DNA of 63,686 bases, the filler included, from Octopus bimaculoides (Eukaryota), in NCBI RefSeq assembly GCF_001194135.2. It is 5 parts of 4 records of this genome, joined end to end, with 100 filler letters (N's around TTAATTAATTAA, not from the genome) between each part and the next. Parts side by side here need not be neighbours in the genome. Positions count along the whole stretch, not along the records: positions 1 to 22,574 come from NC_068986.1; 4 more parts are not named here. The stretch is one strand, 5' to 3'. A program made the translations under genes and the position numbers. Of this stretch, positions 1 to 11,990 are shown in pieces (within the stretch, counting starts at the first letter, position 1; every line of letters starts with the position of its first letter). The notes under the pieces were generated by a model. The model saw only the letters and a list, made by a program, of their open reading frames with translations. It did not search any database and had not been told where the DNA came from.

Positions 1-32
<32 letters not shown>

Positions 33-65
33 TGTATATCTATATACATGTATGTATGTATGTAT

Positions 66-102
<37 letters not shown>
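1..102. repeat. compound (TA)n/(TG)n/(CA)n microsatellite
   Basis: Direct reading; similar tracts border most N gaps in the window. Confidence 0.95.
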
Positions 103-103
<1 letters not shown>

Positions 104-219
104 TTGTTATTTTTTGTTTGTTTTTTTTTTACAAATAAATACACGCACTATATTGTTTTTCCCTTTTTTGTTCATTCGTTTATAACTGTTTTTATTTTAT
201 TATTATAAAGCCTCTCTAC

Positions 220-264
220 TGTCCGGAAACCTTTCGTCACACATCTGTAACCTCTTCAGCGACA
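220..264 (-). ncRNA. degenerate minimal hammerhead-like motif (PLE repeat type)
   Basis: Minus strand reads tgtcg-CTGAAGA-g-GTTACA gatg TGTGAC-GAAA-ggttTC-cggaca: core, stem II and partial stem I present, stem III imperfect. Confidence 0.4.
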
Positions 265-322
265 CTTTACGGTTCCATGTGTGTTCTTATCACACACGGA
301 ATATATGTATAAACATATGTAC

Positions 323-482
323 ACGTTCCCGTAACTTAGCAGTTCGACAATAGAAACTAATAAAGTAAATAGCAGGCTTAAGAAAATAGCAAGTACTGGA
401 ATTGATTCGTTCGACTAAATTATTCAAAACGGTACTCCAGCAAAGCCGCAGTCTAATGATTGAAACAAGTTAACGATAAGAT
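323..482 (+). mobile_element. SINE family A, old copy
   Basis: Diverged match to copies at 575, 10222, 19780, 51287 and 60755 (gtaacttagc...ctccagca..gccgcagtc..atga.tgaaacaagt). Confidence 0.75.
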
Positions 483-521
483 ATATATATACACATATAC
501 ACGCATGCACACGCACGTACA

Positions 522-557
<36 letters not shown>

Positions 558-574
558 CATGTATATTTTATTCT

Positions 575-790
575 TTCATTCTTTTACTTTTTCAGTCATT
601 TGACTGCGGTCATGCTGGAGCACCGCCTTTAGTCGAGCAAATCGCCCCCAGGACTTATTCTTTGTAAGCCTAGTATTCTATCGGTCTCTTTTGCCGAACT
701 GCTAAGTTACGGGGACGTAAACACACCAGCATCGGTTGTCAAGTGATGTGGGGGGGGGGCAAACACAGACACACAAACATATACACACAC
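575..790 (-). mobile_element. SINE family A
   Basis: cagtcatttgactgcggtcatgctggagcaccgcctttagtcgagc... is the reverse complement of the 10222-10410 copy. Confidence 0.9.
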
Positions 791-796
791 ATATAT

Positions 797-866
797 ACGA
801 CGGGTTTCTTTCAGTTTCCGTCTACCAAATCCACTCAGAAGGCTACAGTAGAAGACACTTGCCCAN
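797..866 (-). mobile_element. CORE-type SINE (family C) fragment
   Basis: tttcagtttccgtctaccaaatccactca...gaagacacttgccca; homologous to 26172, 61846, 63070 and 63640; ccttgggcaagt resembles the CORE domain. Confidence 0.8.
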
Positions 867-1583
867 NNNNNNNNNNNNNNNNNNNNNNNNNNNNNNNNNN
901 NNNNNNNNNNNNNNNNNNNNNNNNNNNNNNNNNNNNNNNNNNNNNNNNNNNNNNNNNNNNNNNNNNNNNNNNNNNNNNNNNNNNNNNNNNNNNNNNNNNN
1001 NNNNNNNNNNNNNNNNNNNNNNNNNNNNNNNNNNNNNNNNNNNNNNNNNNNNNNNNNNNNNNNNNNNNNNNNNNNNNNNNNNNNNNNNNNNNNNNNNNNN
1101 NNNNNNNNNNNNNNNNNNNNNNNNNNNNNNNNNNNNNNNNNNNNNNNNNNNNNNNNNNNNNNNNNNNNNNNNNNNNNNNNNNNNNNNNNNNNNNNNNNNN
1201 NNNNNNNNNNNNNNNNNNNNNNNNNNNNNNNNNNNNNNNNNNNNNNNNNNNNNNNNNNNNNNNNNNNNNNNNNNNNNNNNNNNNNNNNNNNNNNNNNNNN
1301 NNNNNNNNNNNNNNNNNNNNNNNNNNNNNNNNNNNNNNNNNNNNNNNNNNNNNNNNNNNNNNNNNNNNNNNNNNNNNNNNNNNNNNNNNNNNNNNNNNNN
1401 NNNNNNNNNNNNNNNNNNNNNNNNNNNNNNNNNNNNNNNNNNNNNNNNNNNNNNNNNNNNNNNNNNNNNNNNNNNNNNNNNNNNNNNNNNNNNNNNNNNN
1501 NNNNNNNNNNNNNNNNNNNNNNNNNNNNNNNNNNNNNNNNNNNNNNNNNNNNNNNNNNNNNNNNNNNNNNNNNNNNNNNNNNN

Positions 1584-1614
<31 letters not shown>

Positions 1615-2073
1615 GTGTGTATATAATGTATGTATATATACATGTGTGTTTGTGTGTGTGTTTGTGTGTGTGTGTGTGTAATTATCTTGAATGCATGTAC
1701 ACACATAGGGCAATTCAAAATACCCTTTATCATAAGTACAAACTCCCAAACCATCGACATCAGTTGGACTTCATCTGCGCCTTGTCTCACTCTCTCTATA
1801 TCCTCCTCTAACATTCCCCACCTCCTTGCTACGACCTTCATCTACCTTTCGCAGCATTAATAAAAACTTCTCAGTCCTCCAATGGACTGGCACGTTTCAG
1901 GGATTCAAAGATAGCTGATATACGTTTTAAACTACTTCGATTAACGGAACTACGTGTGCCCGGTCATCTTATTATCCCGTTATTGCGCGCGAGGATTGTC
2001 CTTCCCAGTCATCAACATCATCAATCCCTCAGTCAAGAAAAATTAAATTCTCAGACGTAAGAATCAATAGCTC

Positions 2074-2430
2074 TGGGCTGCTGCAAAGAGGAAAGAACAT
2101 CGATTGGCTTCGACTCAAGAATCATGGAAAGATCCATACTTGATATATCATCGCAGGATCATTTCCGAAATGAGGTAATTCGAGGATGAGGTAGAATGAA
2201 CGACGTGATCGCAGAGTATCGAAAGCACAAGCTCCGCTGGGTTCCACAGTTCATAATGTTCTCAGACAACAGATGGATTCGTGGATTTTCCAAGTTATAT
2301 CCAAGAGATCGGAAAATGCCAGTCGAAAAGCCTCTACGACGATGGGAAGATGATTTAGTAAAGTGATTTGGACCAAGATAGAAAAGAATAACGCAATTGA
2401 GAATGAACTGAAACTATGTTGTGACCAGCG
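2074..2430 (+). pseudogene. RTE-clade LINE 3' fragment (a different family from the 41-44 kb RTE)
   Basis: Manual translation with frameshifts/stops: WAAAKRKEHRLASTQ / MERSILDISSQDHFRNEVIR..MNDVIAEYRKHKLRW...DNRWIR...YPRDRKMP..KPLRRWEDDLVK, typical of RTE post-RT C-termini. Confidence 0.75.
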
Positions 2431-2432
2431 GT

Positions 2433-2466
<34 letters not shown>

Positions 2467-4154
2467 NNNNNNNNNNNNNNNNNNNNNNNNNNNNNNNNNN
2501 NNNNNNNNNNNNNNNNNNNNNNNNNNNNNNNNNNNNNNNNNNNNNNNNNNNNNNNNNNNNNNNNNNNNNNNNNNNNNNNNNNNNNNNNNNNNNNNNNNNN
2601 NNNNNNNNNNNNNNNNNNNNNNNNNNNNNNNNNNNNNNNNNNNNNNNNNNNNNNNNNNNNNNNNNNNNNNNNNNNNNNNNNNNNNNNNNNNNNNNNNNNN
2701 NNNNNNNNNNNNNNNNNNNNNNNNNNNNNNNNNNNNNNNNNNNNNNNNNNNNNNNNNNNNNNNNNNNNNNNNNNNNNNNNNNNNNNNNNNNNNNNNNNNN
2801 NNNNNNNNNNNNNNNNNNNNNNNNNNNNNNNNNNNNNNNNNNNNNNNNNNNNNNNNNNNNNNNNNNNNNNNNNNNNNNNNNNNNNNNNNNNNNNNNNNNN
2901 NNNNNNNNNNNNNNNNNNNNNNNNNNNNNNNNNNNNNNNNNNNNNNNNNNNNNNNNNNNNNNNNNNNNNNNNNNNNNNNNNNNNNNNNNNNNNNNNNNNN
3001 NNNNNNNNNNNNNNNNNNNNNNNNNNNNNNNNNNNNNNNNNNNNNNNNNNNNNNNNNNNNNNNNNNNNNNNNNNNNNNNNNNNNNNNNNNNNNNNNNNNN
3101 NNNNNNNNNNNNNNNNNNNNNNNNNNNNNNNNNNNNNNNNNNNNNNNNNNNNNNNNNNNNNNNNNNNNNNNNNNNNNNNNNNNNNNNNNNNNNNNNNNNN
3201 NNNNNNNNNNNNNNNNNNNNNNNNNNNNNNNNNNNNNNNNNNNNNNNNNNNNNNNNNNNNNNNNNNNNNNNNNNNNNNNNNNNNNNNNNNNNNNNNNNNN
3301 NNNNNNNNNNNNNNNNNNNNNNNNNNNNNNNNNNNNNNNNNNNNNNNNNNNNNNNNNNNNNNNNNNNNNNNNNNNNNNNNNNNNNNNNNNNNNNNNNNNN
3401 NNNNNNNNNNNNNNNNNNNTATATATATACACGCACATACACACACACACACACACACATATACATACATGTGTGTGCACTCTGCATATGTATATGTACT
3501 GTATGCATGTCGTTAGGTGAATATGTATCAGTCAGAAACGTGAAGCCTTCTTTAATCTTCTTCAGTGTGAGCCCTAGTATACATCTTGTCTTCATTTTTC
3601 GTTTATCTGTGTTGTTTTTCAAGGAATATTCAACAATAACATCAATACCAGCAACAACAGAAATACAAATACACATTGAATACAATGGAAGATTTTACTC
3701 TCGAAATTATTGCTTTATAGAGAAATAGTTTAAAGCCTTATACCCCTGCCTACAAACTGAAAGTGATAAAAACTGAAATCGTTTAAAGCCATGTACCGTT
3801 GCCTACAAATCGAAAGTGATAAACGGTTTGGGCAACAGATCTGAAGCGAAATTTTGAAAGGCCGCACCTCTGGCAAAAAAGATAAGAGAAAGGAGGAAAA
3901 GCATAAACAACAATCACAAAGAACTAAACAAATAAATGTAACATTCTTTGTCAAAATGCATATTAGTCAGGTCTTAAAGAGAAGCAGGAAAAAACCTGAG
4001 TAATAAATGAAAGGAATACACGGATATGTGGTTCTTTAGAAATAATAATTAATGGGGCTAGGAGATTAGAAAGGAAACAGAGGATTCAGGATTTTCCTGG
4101 AAGAGAAAGTTAGTGTTATAGGTTCGTGAAAAGGTAGGATTTATGAATATGTTG

Positions 4155-4531
4155 TTGTTGGCACTCCGTCGCTTACGACGTCGAGAGTTCCAGTTGATCC
4201 GATCAACGGAACAGCCTGCTCGTGAAATTAACGTGCAAGTGGCTGAGCACTCCACAGACACGTGTACCCTTAATGTAGTTCTCGGGGATATTCAGCGTGA
4301 CACAGTGTGACAAGGCTGACCCTTTGAATTACAAGCACAACAGAAACAGGAAGTAAGAGTAAGTTGTGGTGGAAGAGTACATCAGGGTTCGCCACCATCC
4401 CCTGCCGGAGCCTCGTGGTGCTTTAGGTGTTTTCGCTCAATAAACACTCACAACGCTCGGTCTGGGAATCGAAACCGCGATCCTATGACCGCGAGTCCGC
4501 TGCCCTAACCACTGTGCCATTGCGCCTCCAC
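4155..4531 (-). mobile_element. tRNA-headed SINE (family B), full length
   Basis: Minus strand starts gtggaggcgcaatggcacagtggttagggcagcgg...ggtttcgattccc (A/B-box-like); its 3' half is repeated at 7034-7160. Confidence 0.85.
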
Positions 4532-5179
4532 ATTGTAAAGTATATGTAGCTTGTTAACACCAATAGAGAAGATTTATAGAAAAAGTATAATTCAAAATAT
4601 ATTAGACTAAAAGTTATATAGTCACTTATTTAGCTGATATCAATAAAAGACTGATGTCTGGGATCAGCCAAAGGAATATTTGAGTTATGGAGCATTTATG
4701 TTTAACATTAATCTTTCTATATATAAACTAAGGGTTATATTATATTCTGCTGGTTAGACGTGTCTTTCCTCGTGGCAAGAGATTTTGCTGTTGCTATTGC
4801 TTCATTGTTGCTGTTTTATTGTTATTACCTTTTGGATTTGTTACTTTTGAAACATGGCGTTACCTTTGAACGTTTTTGAACTGTTTTATTCCTCGGTTTT
4901 ACCGGGGAATCATTTGACACATTCGTAAAAAAAAAAAATATTGAACTTTCGCCATTGTGGCTTTTTTTCTTTGTGTGTAAATAACTTTCTTTGAATAGTA
5001 ATAGTCTTTTAAAACTAATTTTGTGCCCCTCCTCCTAACGGGGGTGGGATTTGAACTGTGTTGTGTAGTTTTAAAAATTGCTCTCCTCTTTGAGACGAAA
5101 AACTTTTTATAGGTTTCCTAGTTTTATGGGAAACCAATTTATTTAATTTATTACCTGTATATTGTTATTAATTTCAACC

Positions 5180-6131
5180 ATGTCTATTGAAATTATACAC
5201 GAAAAGTGTGCTCTTACAGAAAGCAATGATGAAGTTGGCAGTCATACCAGCAATGAAAAAAGTTTTCGGCGGTTGCCGCAGTGGCAACGGAAAACATTGG
5301 TATTCCTGTAGGTGTGCTACAGGAATATTTTAAACAGATGAAAAAAGAAGGAGGTGATGTGATAATATCACCTTCTTCAACTGTGGTGGAAACGGAGAGG
5401 CGAACCGTAGTGTTCAAAACCTTCTGTCGAAAAGACAGAAGGTTTAAACACTTCGAAAAAGAGAAAACAAAGAAATGCCTGATCCCGATATGGAAGGACA
5501 TAACGTACATTGCAAGGGGACGGGCATATGGCTCAGTCGACGTTCGCTTCTCAGACGAAGAGGTGGCCCGCGGGCACTCCGCGTCTCCCCTGAAGTCAAA
5601 TTGGTACTTCTACCAATGTGTATGGGAAGAAGAACATCCAGAGTAAGATTAAATGAATTACCACCTGAAGTAGACCCAAGAGAAGTGGTTGCCCCCCACA
5701 GACGTTGACCCCTCAGACGATACCATGGAGGTAACAGAGGGTGGATTTATAACACCTCGAAAACGAACTCGAAAATCTTCCCCATCCACATCCCCTACAA
5801 AAGACCAAAACAACACACAACGTGCAACAAAAAAGAAACCCCGCCCAACCAACCCGGAAAAAAAAAAGAGGAGAACCGTATGCTTGTCGAATACGACACT
5901 ATGGAAAAATACACTAACGAAGTCATTGTGAAACATCATACTACAAAACATTTTATTCAACACCAAAATTTAAGGAACAGATGCGCGGCAATAGGGGAAA
6001 CCCTATACCGCGAATTAAAGGCTAAGCACGCGAATGCCATTTGGAAAATTTCCGAGTTACCAAATTATGCGAAGGAAGGGGCTGATTCACGTATGGTGAA
6101 GTCGGCCCCAACTTCTCCAAGGAAAAAGTAA
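5180..6131 (+). pseudogene. L1/Tx1 ORF1, frameshifted
   Basis: Overlapping ORFs 5281-5646, 5475-5708, 5689-5931 and 5880-6131; MGRRTSRVRLNELPPEV resembles the RRM-like part of L1/Tx1 ORF1; lies directly upstream of the EN. Confidence 0.65.
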
Positions 6132-6150
6132 GAGGAACTTTTTACTTTTT

Positions 6151-7035
6151 GTGACGGACTCACTTAACTTTGGTTGTTTAAATGTGCGTGGTCTGAGTTC
6201 GAAGTGGAAACAAGCGTGTTTCCTCGACGATCTCAGATCACACGATATACATGTGATATACATGTGATATACATGTGATATACATGTGATGGATGCTACA
6301 GACTAAGCTGGACAGTCTACAAACCTTCTCGCCTCTCCTGAATGGCTACGAGAAAATCATGTCTCCTGGCCAGACCGGAGGCGAGGGGGTGTAGTGGTAC
6401 TGATCCGTAAAGGCTTGGCTTTGCAGCCAAGTACAGTCTATGTGGACCTTGAAGGTGGGCTGGTCGTCCTTGATGTGACATACAGCAGTAAGGCCTTCAG
6501 GCTGATCGGACTCTATGCACCAGGTGCTAGAGGTTTCCAAACTGATTTTATCGGCACCTAGAGGGCTTTCTCGTGACGAAGAAGACATTAGTGGTATTAG
6601 GGGACTTTAATGCTATCGTTGACGCACGCAGCGATAGCGTTGGCTCGACCGATAGAAAAGTGAACTCACGTCTCGTGGATCTGCTTAAGCGTTTTCAGCT
6701 GGCAGATCGTTACAGACTTGACCATCCGAACGCCCCAGAGTGGACCTGGATGAGTGGCGACGGTAGGTTCAAGTCTTATTTAGATAAGATAGTGATAAGA
6801 ACTAGAGATAAGTCTAGTTTTAGTTGTCCACAGCTTGTCCAGGTGTCCTACACTGACCATAGAATGGTTAAGTGTAGACTGGACATAGATAGGACCCGGC
6901 TACTGGAAGCTGAACAAGTCTATCTTGACTTGTGAGGCATACCGTAGCCGGATTAAGGAGTTAGTGCAGAGGGCGTTAACCGGAGCCGTGGTTAATAACC
7001 GGTGGTGGTTCTCCCTCAAAAGAGCCATTCGATTC
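6151..7035 (+). pseudogene. L1/Tx1 ORF2 apurinic-like endonuclease, frameshifted
   Basis: TDSLNFGCLNVRGLSSKWKQACFLDDLRSHDIHV...AFRLIGLYAP...VVLGDFNAIVD...WTW..SYLDKIV...YTDHRMV, then GYWKLNKSIL after a frameshift. Confidence 0.9.
6244..6287 (+). repeat. perfect 11-bp tandem repeat x4 (gatatacatgt) inside the EN
   Basis: Direct reading. Confidence 0.95.
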
Positions 7036-7185
7036 GAGAACTACGTTAAGGGTACACGTGCCTATGGAGTACTCGGTCACTTACTCGTTAATTTCACGAG
7101 CTGGCTGTTCCGTTGATCGGATCAACTGGAATCCTTGTCATCGCAACCGACGGAATGCCAGTACATACATACATACATACATACA

Positions 7186-7215
<30 letters not shown>
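7034..7215 (+). mobile_element. SINE family B 3' half with (TACA)n tail, abutting the truncated L1
   Basis: cgagaactacgttaagggtacacgtg...ctgttccgttgatcggatcaactggaa matches the reverse complement of about 4165-4290. Confidence 0.85.
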
Positions 7216-7218
<3 letters not shown>

Positions 7219-7830
7219 TTGTACGTGTGTGTGTATTTATGTCTACCTGTATGTATGTATATGAGTGGTGTAACATAGGGATTCATAGAATTTTGCGGCT
7301 ATCACAGAAAGCTGCTCTAAAGAACTCGGCTATCAGTCCACACACACTCGATCGCGCGCGCACACACATACACGGGGAGGAAGAGAGGGAGATAGAGAGA
7401 GTAATCAATGACAAAGAAGTTTAATGTAGAGTGTCCATGTAACTGAAAATTCAGACAATCCGAGCGTTGAAATTATTTCACGACTAATATATAAATACCT
7501 AAAGTTAGATAATATAAGAAGAGAAGTTAATATATATTTAATCAACGTCGTGACTTTCATAGGGTTACGGTCATTTCGCAACCTTCTTCGTGTAGTATTA
7601 ATTTCAGTATAGAAGAATTATACGTACGTTTGCATAATTATGCATGCACAGCATTTAACGATACATTTATATAATCACAAATAAATACAAATAAAGGAAG
7701 CTAGCTCACTGCTTTGGAAAGATTGAATTTGTTACTAAATACTGTTGCAGATAACTTGCATCTCAATGCATTGTTTATGTCTGTGCTAAACAACAATCTA
7801 CAAAGTTTCAAACGTACTTAATATATTACA

Positions 7831-7884
<54 letters not shown>

Positions 7885-7887
<3 letters not shown>

Positions 7888-8202
7888 AAATGTGCTGTGA
7901 GTGAGAAGACCCGGCAAGCCAAGTAAGATCGTTGCCAGTGCCCCTGGACTGGCTTGTGCGGGTGGCACATAAAAGACACCATTTCGAGCGTGGCCGTTTT
8001 CGTGCGGGTGGCACGTAAAAGCACCCACTACACTCTCTGAGTGGTTGGCGTTAGGAAGGGCATCCAGCTGTAGAAACTCTGCCAAATTAGATTGGAGCCT
8101 GGTGTTGCCATCCGGTTTCACCAGTCCTCAGTCAAATCGTCCAACCCATGCTAGCATGGAAAGCGGACGTTAAACGATGATGATGATGATGATGATGATG
8201 AT
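7885..8202 (+). mobile_element. 5'-truncated RTE copy (ORF end, 3' UTR, (GAT)n tail)
   Basis: Starts with gagaagacccggcaagccaag (matches the ORF end at about 43900) and ends ...ctagcatggaaagcggacgttaaacgatgatgat. Confidence 0.9.
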
Positions 8203-9281
8203 ACCAGCTAGTAAATAGTGAACAAAGAAACAAAGGGTTCAACAGGGCGTCAATGAAAATGAAATCTCTCCCTTGTGGCAATTGACCAAAGTACACGCAA
8301 ACCTGTCAGTTAAGGTAACCCACAAATGGGTCAAACCATGATTAAATAAAAGGTGCGGGCAGCAGTCAACGATTTAGCATCATCATCATCATCATCGTCA
8401 GCAGCAGCAGCATCATCCATTATTATTACTAGTGTTGTTGTTAAATTCAGTTGTTTCTCCGCCTTACATTCATTCATTTATTCATTCATTCATTCGCCCA
8501 ATTTTACTCAAGGTTTCTTACTTTAATTCATTTCATTTTATATTTATTTTTATTTTATTTTATTCTCATATTATTCATCTGAATAAGGAAAAGGACGTTA
8601 TAACAAAAATTGACAGAGGGTTTTTATTCTAGTTCTTTTCATTTTCATTATTTTACACGTCTTATACACATTGTCTGAGCCCCACACCGTTTAACTGAGA
8701 AGTTATTTTCATAAATACAAATGATACATTTCATTAAAAGAATTTTTTTTTTATTCAGAGATAAATGAAAAGGCCTTCCAATGGATCGTTGTGAACTGAG
8801 GATAGGGGTTCTTTTGATAGTTAATGAAGCTCTTTAACTATTTTCCTCTCCAAAGTATTGTCATATGTTTGTCCTAGACGTCCATACGTTTTCAATTTTT
8901 TTGTTAGCTTTTATTTCATACGTGTGTGTGTGCGTGTGTGAGAGAGAATGTGTATGTGAGTGCATGTGTATAGGTGTGTCTTTGCATCTGTTTGGGTGCA
9001 TATACCTGAGTGCTACTCCACGGCGAGTGTTTTTGTATCTTACTGACGACGTTTGCAGAGCTATGATCAAAGATGTTCCAACAGTGACCATTCCATCATT
9101 TTTGTGGACATAATGCATCCAAAACCACATTATTCGATATACCACACACCTTTTTAAGCTGAAACAAGGAAGATTTGGTAGTTATTTTTAACAGGTTGGG
9201 TGGCCAAATATGGAACCCTTCAGCATCTCATCTTAGCTACTGTAGTTGTTGTTAGTGTCGTTGTTACTGTCGAAAAACGTA

Positions 9282-9362
9282 TTAACGTATTAATGAGGGT
9301 GGGGTACCCTGACAAGGAGACATGGTGACGGGAAGCTTTCGGCCTGAAGGATTCACGTAGAC
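9282..9362 (-). CDS. weak candidate exon (VYVNPSGRKLPVTMSPCQGTPPSLIR* or the alternative frame)
   Basis: Pyrimidine-rich acceptor ctgatttcctcaccctaatcacag in non-repetitive DNA; frame and 3' end are ambiguous. Confidence 0.25.
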   Translation of the reverse strand, partial: VYVNPSGRKLPVTMSPCQGTPPSLIR

Positions 9363-9663
9363 CTGTGATTAGGGTGAGGAAATCAGCTGAGCAGAAACGA
9401 GGACTAAGGGTCAGTGTTCTACGACATAATCGCCCCCTAAATACCAAAAAATGCTGCATCTGTCAATGTGGCTTAAGCAGCATAATTTGTCGTTTGACAT
9501 GACCTCGCTTCCACCACTACACGTACACATACTCACACACACACACACACACATAAACTTGAACCTATCAACCTGTTTGGAGGAAAATAATTTTGTTAGG
9601 ATCTATCAAAGAAAGTTCCCATTCTCTTTTTCTTTCTCTCTCCCTCTTTCTCTTTCCTTCTAT

Positions 9664-9725
<62 letters not shown>

Positions 9726-10123
9726 NNNNNNNNNNNNNNNNNNNNNNNNNNNNNNNNNNNNNNNNNNNNNNNNNNNNNNNNNNNNNNNNNNNNNNNNNNN
9801 NNNNNNNNNNNNNNNNNNNNNNNNNNNNNNNNNNNNNNNNNNNNNNNNNNNNNNNNNNNNNNNNNNNNNNNNNNNNNNNNNNNNNNNNNNNNNNNNNNNN
9901 NNNNNNNNNNNNNNNNNNNNNNNNNNNNNNNNNNNNNNNNNNNNNNNNNNNNNNNNNNNNNNNNNNNNNNNNNNNNNNNNNNNNNNNNNNNNNNNNNNNN
10001 NNNNNNNNNNNNNNNNNNNNNNNNNNNNNNNNNNNNNNNNNNNNNNNNNNNNNNNNNNNNNNNNNNNNNNNNNNNNNNNNNNNNNNNNNNNNNNNNNNNN
10101 NNNNNNNNNNNNNNNNNNNNNNN

Positions 10124-10183
<60 letters not shown>

Positions 10184-10221
10184 TGTGTGTGTGTGTGAGC
10201 GCGCGCGTCTGTGTTTGTACC

Positions 10222-10410
10222 TCCACCATCACTTGACAACCGATGCTGGTGTGTTTACGTCCTCCGTAACTTATCGGTTCCGCAAAAGACACCGATAGAA
10301 TAAGTACTAGGCTTACAAAGAATAAGTCTTGGGGTCGATTTGTTCGACTAAAGGCGGTGCTCCAGCATGGCCGCAGTCAAATGACTGAAACAAGTAAAAG
10401 AATAAAAGAA
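10222..10410 (+). mobile_element. SINE family A
   Basis: ...ggggtcgatttgttcgactaaaggcggtgctccagcatggccgcagtcaaatgactgaaacaagtaaaagaataaaagaata tail. Confidence 0.9.
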
Positions 10411-10502
10411 TATATATATGTATGTATGTATGTATGTATATATGTATTTATCTGTGTATGTAGGTATGTCGAGGTTTCAAGTCCTAATATATTCACCCAG
10501 CT

Positions 10503-10735
10503 AGGGCGGCGAGCAGAATCTTTAGCACGCCGGGCGAAATGCTTAGCGGTATTTCGTCTGCTGCTAAGTTCTGAGTTTGAATTCCGCTGAGGTCGACTTT
10601 GGCTTTCATCCCTTTGGGGTCGATAAAATAAGTACCAGTTATGCACTGGGATCGATGTAATCGACTTAATCCCTTTGTCTGCCCTTGTTTGCCCCCTCTA
10701 TGTTTAGCCCCCTGTGAGCAATAAAGAAATAGATA
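10503..10735 (+). mobile_element. SINE family D (ggcggcgagc head; Meta/MESC-like centre)
   Basis: Shares gctttcatccctttggggtcgataaaataagtacc with about 10 other copies. The domain name is by recollection and unverified. Confidence 0.85.
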
Positions 10736-10956
10736 TATATACTCGACTAGTCGCATCCGGGATCCAGTTTTGGTGCTAGTTTAAACCAATTCCCTGTAAA
10801 GAGATATTTAATAAAAAAAGATTTTCGAAAAGACAAGAAAGTTACGGTTTCCCATTTTCCTCTCCTTCAAAATATAAGCCTTTATACAGTCTTTATACAT
10901 TCTTTATACATTCTTTGGTTCTAAAAATATTTACCTCTGACTATTAATAATGATTT

Positions 10957-11165
10957 AAGGCGGCGAACTGGCAGAATCTTTAGAACGCCGGGCAAAATGC
11001 TTGGCGGCATTTCGTACGTCTTTACGTTCTGAGTTCAAATTCCGCCGAGATCGACTTTGCCTTTCATCCTTTTGGAGCCGGTAAAATAAGTACCATTTGA
11101 GGACTGGAGTCGATCTAATCGACCTTTCATTCACCTGAAATGGCTGGCCTTGTTCCAAAACTTGA
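10957..11165 (+). mobile_element. SINE family D
   Basis: aaggcggcgaactggcagaatc...gcctttcatccttttggagccggtaaaataagtacc. Confidence 0.85.
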
Positions 11166-11329
11166 TAGTAATGATAACAAGACCACTCAGAGAGTGCAAA
11201 CCTCCGCCAAAGCAACACCAAAGTCCTCTCAACGATTAGCCGGAGATGATTTTTAAAATGAGAATATCTGAAATAAAATCGACTGCTCTCACAAACGGGA
11301 ATACTAAAACTGAACCCCGACCGCTCTCA

Positions 11330-11538
11330 AAATTTAGTTTAAAAACGGAAAAATAGCCCACAATCCTTGTCCGGTGTCAGATTGATCCCAAAATCTAATC
11401 AGTTCGTGCCAGTCACGAGGCCAAACACCCCTGAAAGTTTCATCCGAATCCACCCAGCGTTCTTGAGATATCCTACCCACAAACAAACAAACACGACTGA
11501 AAACAATACCTCCGCCTTCGCTTAGGCGGAGGTAATAA
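11330..11538 (-). mobile_element. non-autonomous Helitron/Helentron-type element (HINE-like)
   Basis: Terminal hairpin tacctccgcct-tcgctt-aggcggaggta (11507-11534), adjacent (GTTT)n, then ggattcggatgaaacttt, a typical HINE layout. Confidence 0.65.
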
Positions 11539-11599
11539 TGATTTCTTACATAGAGACAAGGCCAGAACTTTAAAGAAGAGGGGTTACTCGATGAAATCG

Positions 11600-11990
11600 T
11601 CCCCCATCTCATCCTTATAGGTCCATTGGTGTCCCTGAAAGGCAAAATTGATTTCAAATGGGATTAAGATAACCGGCCGAAACAAATGCTTCAAAATATG
11701 TTGACCAATATTAACGATTCTGCCAATCCATCTCCTTCGAAAACTCATTAGAATGAACCATTGATCAGAGATCTGTTTGTAGTGACAACATATCAACAAA
11801 TCCCTTCTCTCCACCAAAAAAAAGCAACTGAATGTATGGTAAAAATTTAAAAGAGTATTACTACCTTTTATCCTATACAAGAGACATCTGACAAACCATC
11901 GATGAAACCTGTTCGTAGTCATCGATGAAAGAACCAACGTGAGCGATATTTGTCCGCTAAAAAAGTTTTTATACATTTTCAGGAAAAACA
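11600..11990 (-). pseudogene. possible piggyBac transposase remnant
   Basis: SMTTNRFHRWFVRCL ...about 48 aa... ISDQWFILMSFRRR resembles the MSxNRF...IDExxxxFxGR spacing; weak similarity only. Confidence 0.3.

Larger units (their letters stand above)
4755..7035 (+). mobile_element. L1/Tx1-clade LINE, 5'-intact and 3'-truncated (UTR, ORF1, APE endonuclease; no RT)
   Basis: ORF1 fragments followed by an endonuclease with LNVRGL, GLYAP, LGDFN, SYLDK, TDH and YWKLN motifs. The 5' boundary is approximate. Confidence 0.85.

Noticed and set aside
1740-1845. Minus-strand peptide KVVARRWGMLEEDIERVRQGADEVQL as an exon or TE piece
   Set aside because: No recognisable motif or convincing splice boundaries.
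736-3728. Long ORFs in the track (YIYI, HTHT, CVCV, X-runs), here and at 9.4-10.3, 16.4-17.5, 48.7-50.0 and 52-55.5 kb
   Set aside because: Artefacts of dinucleotide repeats reading through N gaps.
4480-4531. tRNA genes (also 21587-21660)
   Set aside because: tRNA-like A/B boxes are SINE heads continuing into SINE bodies; no complete cloverleaf.
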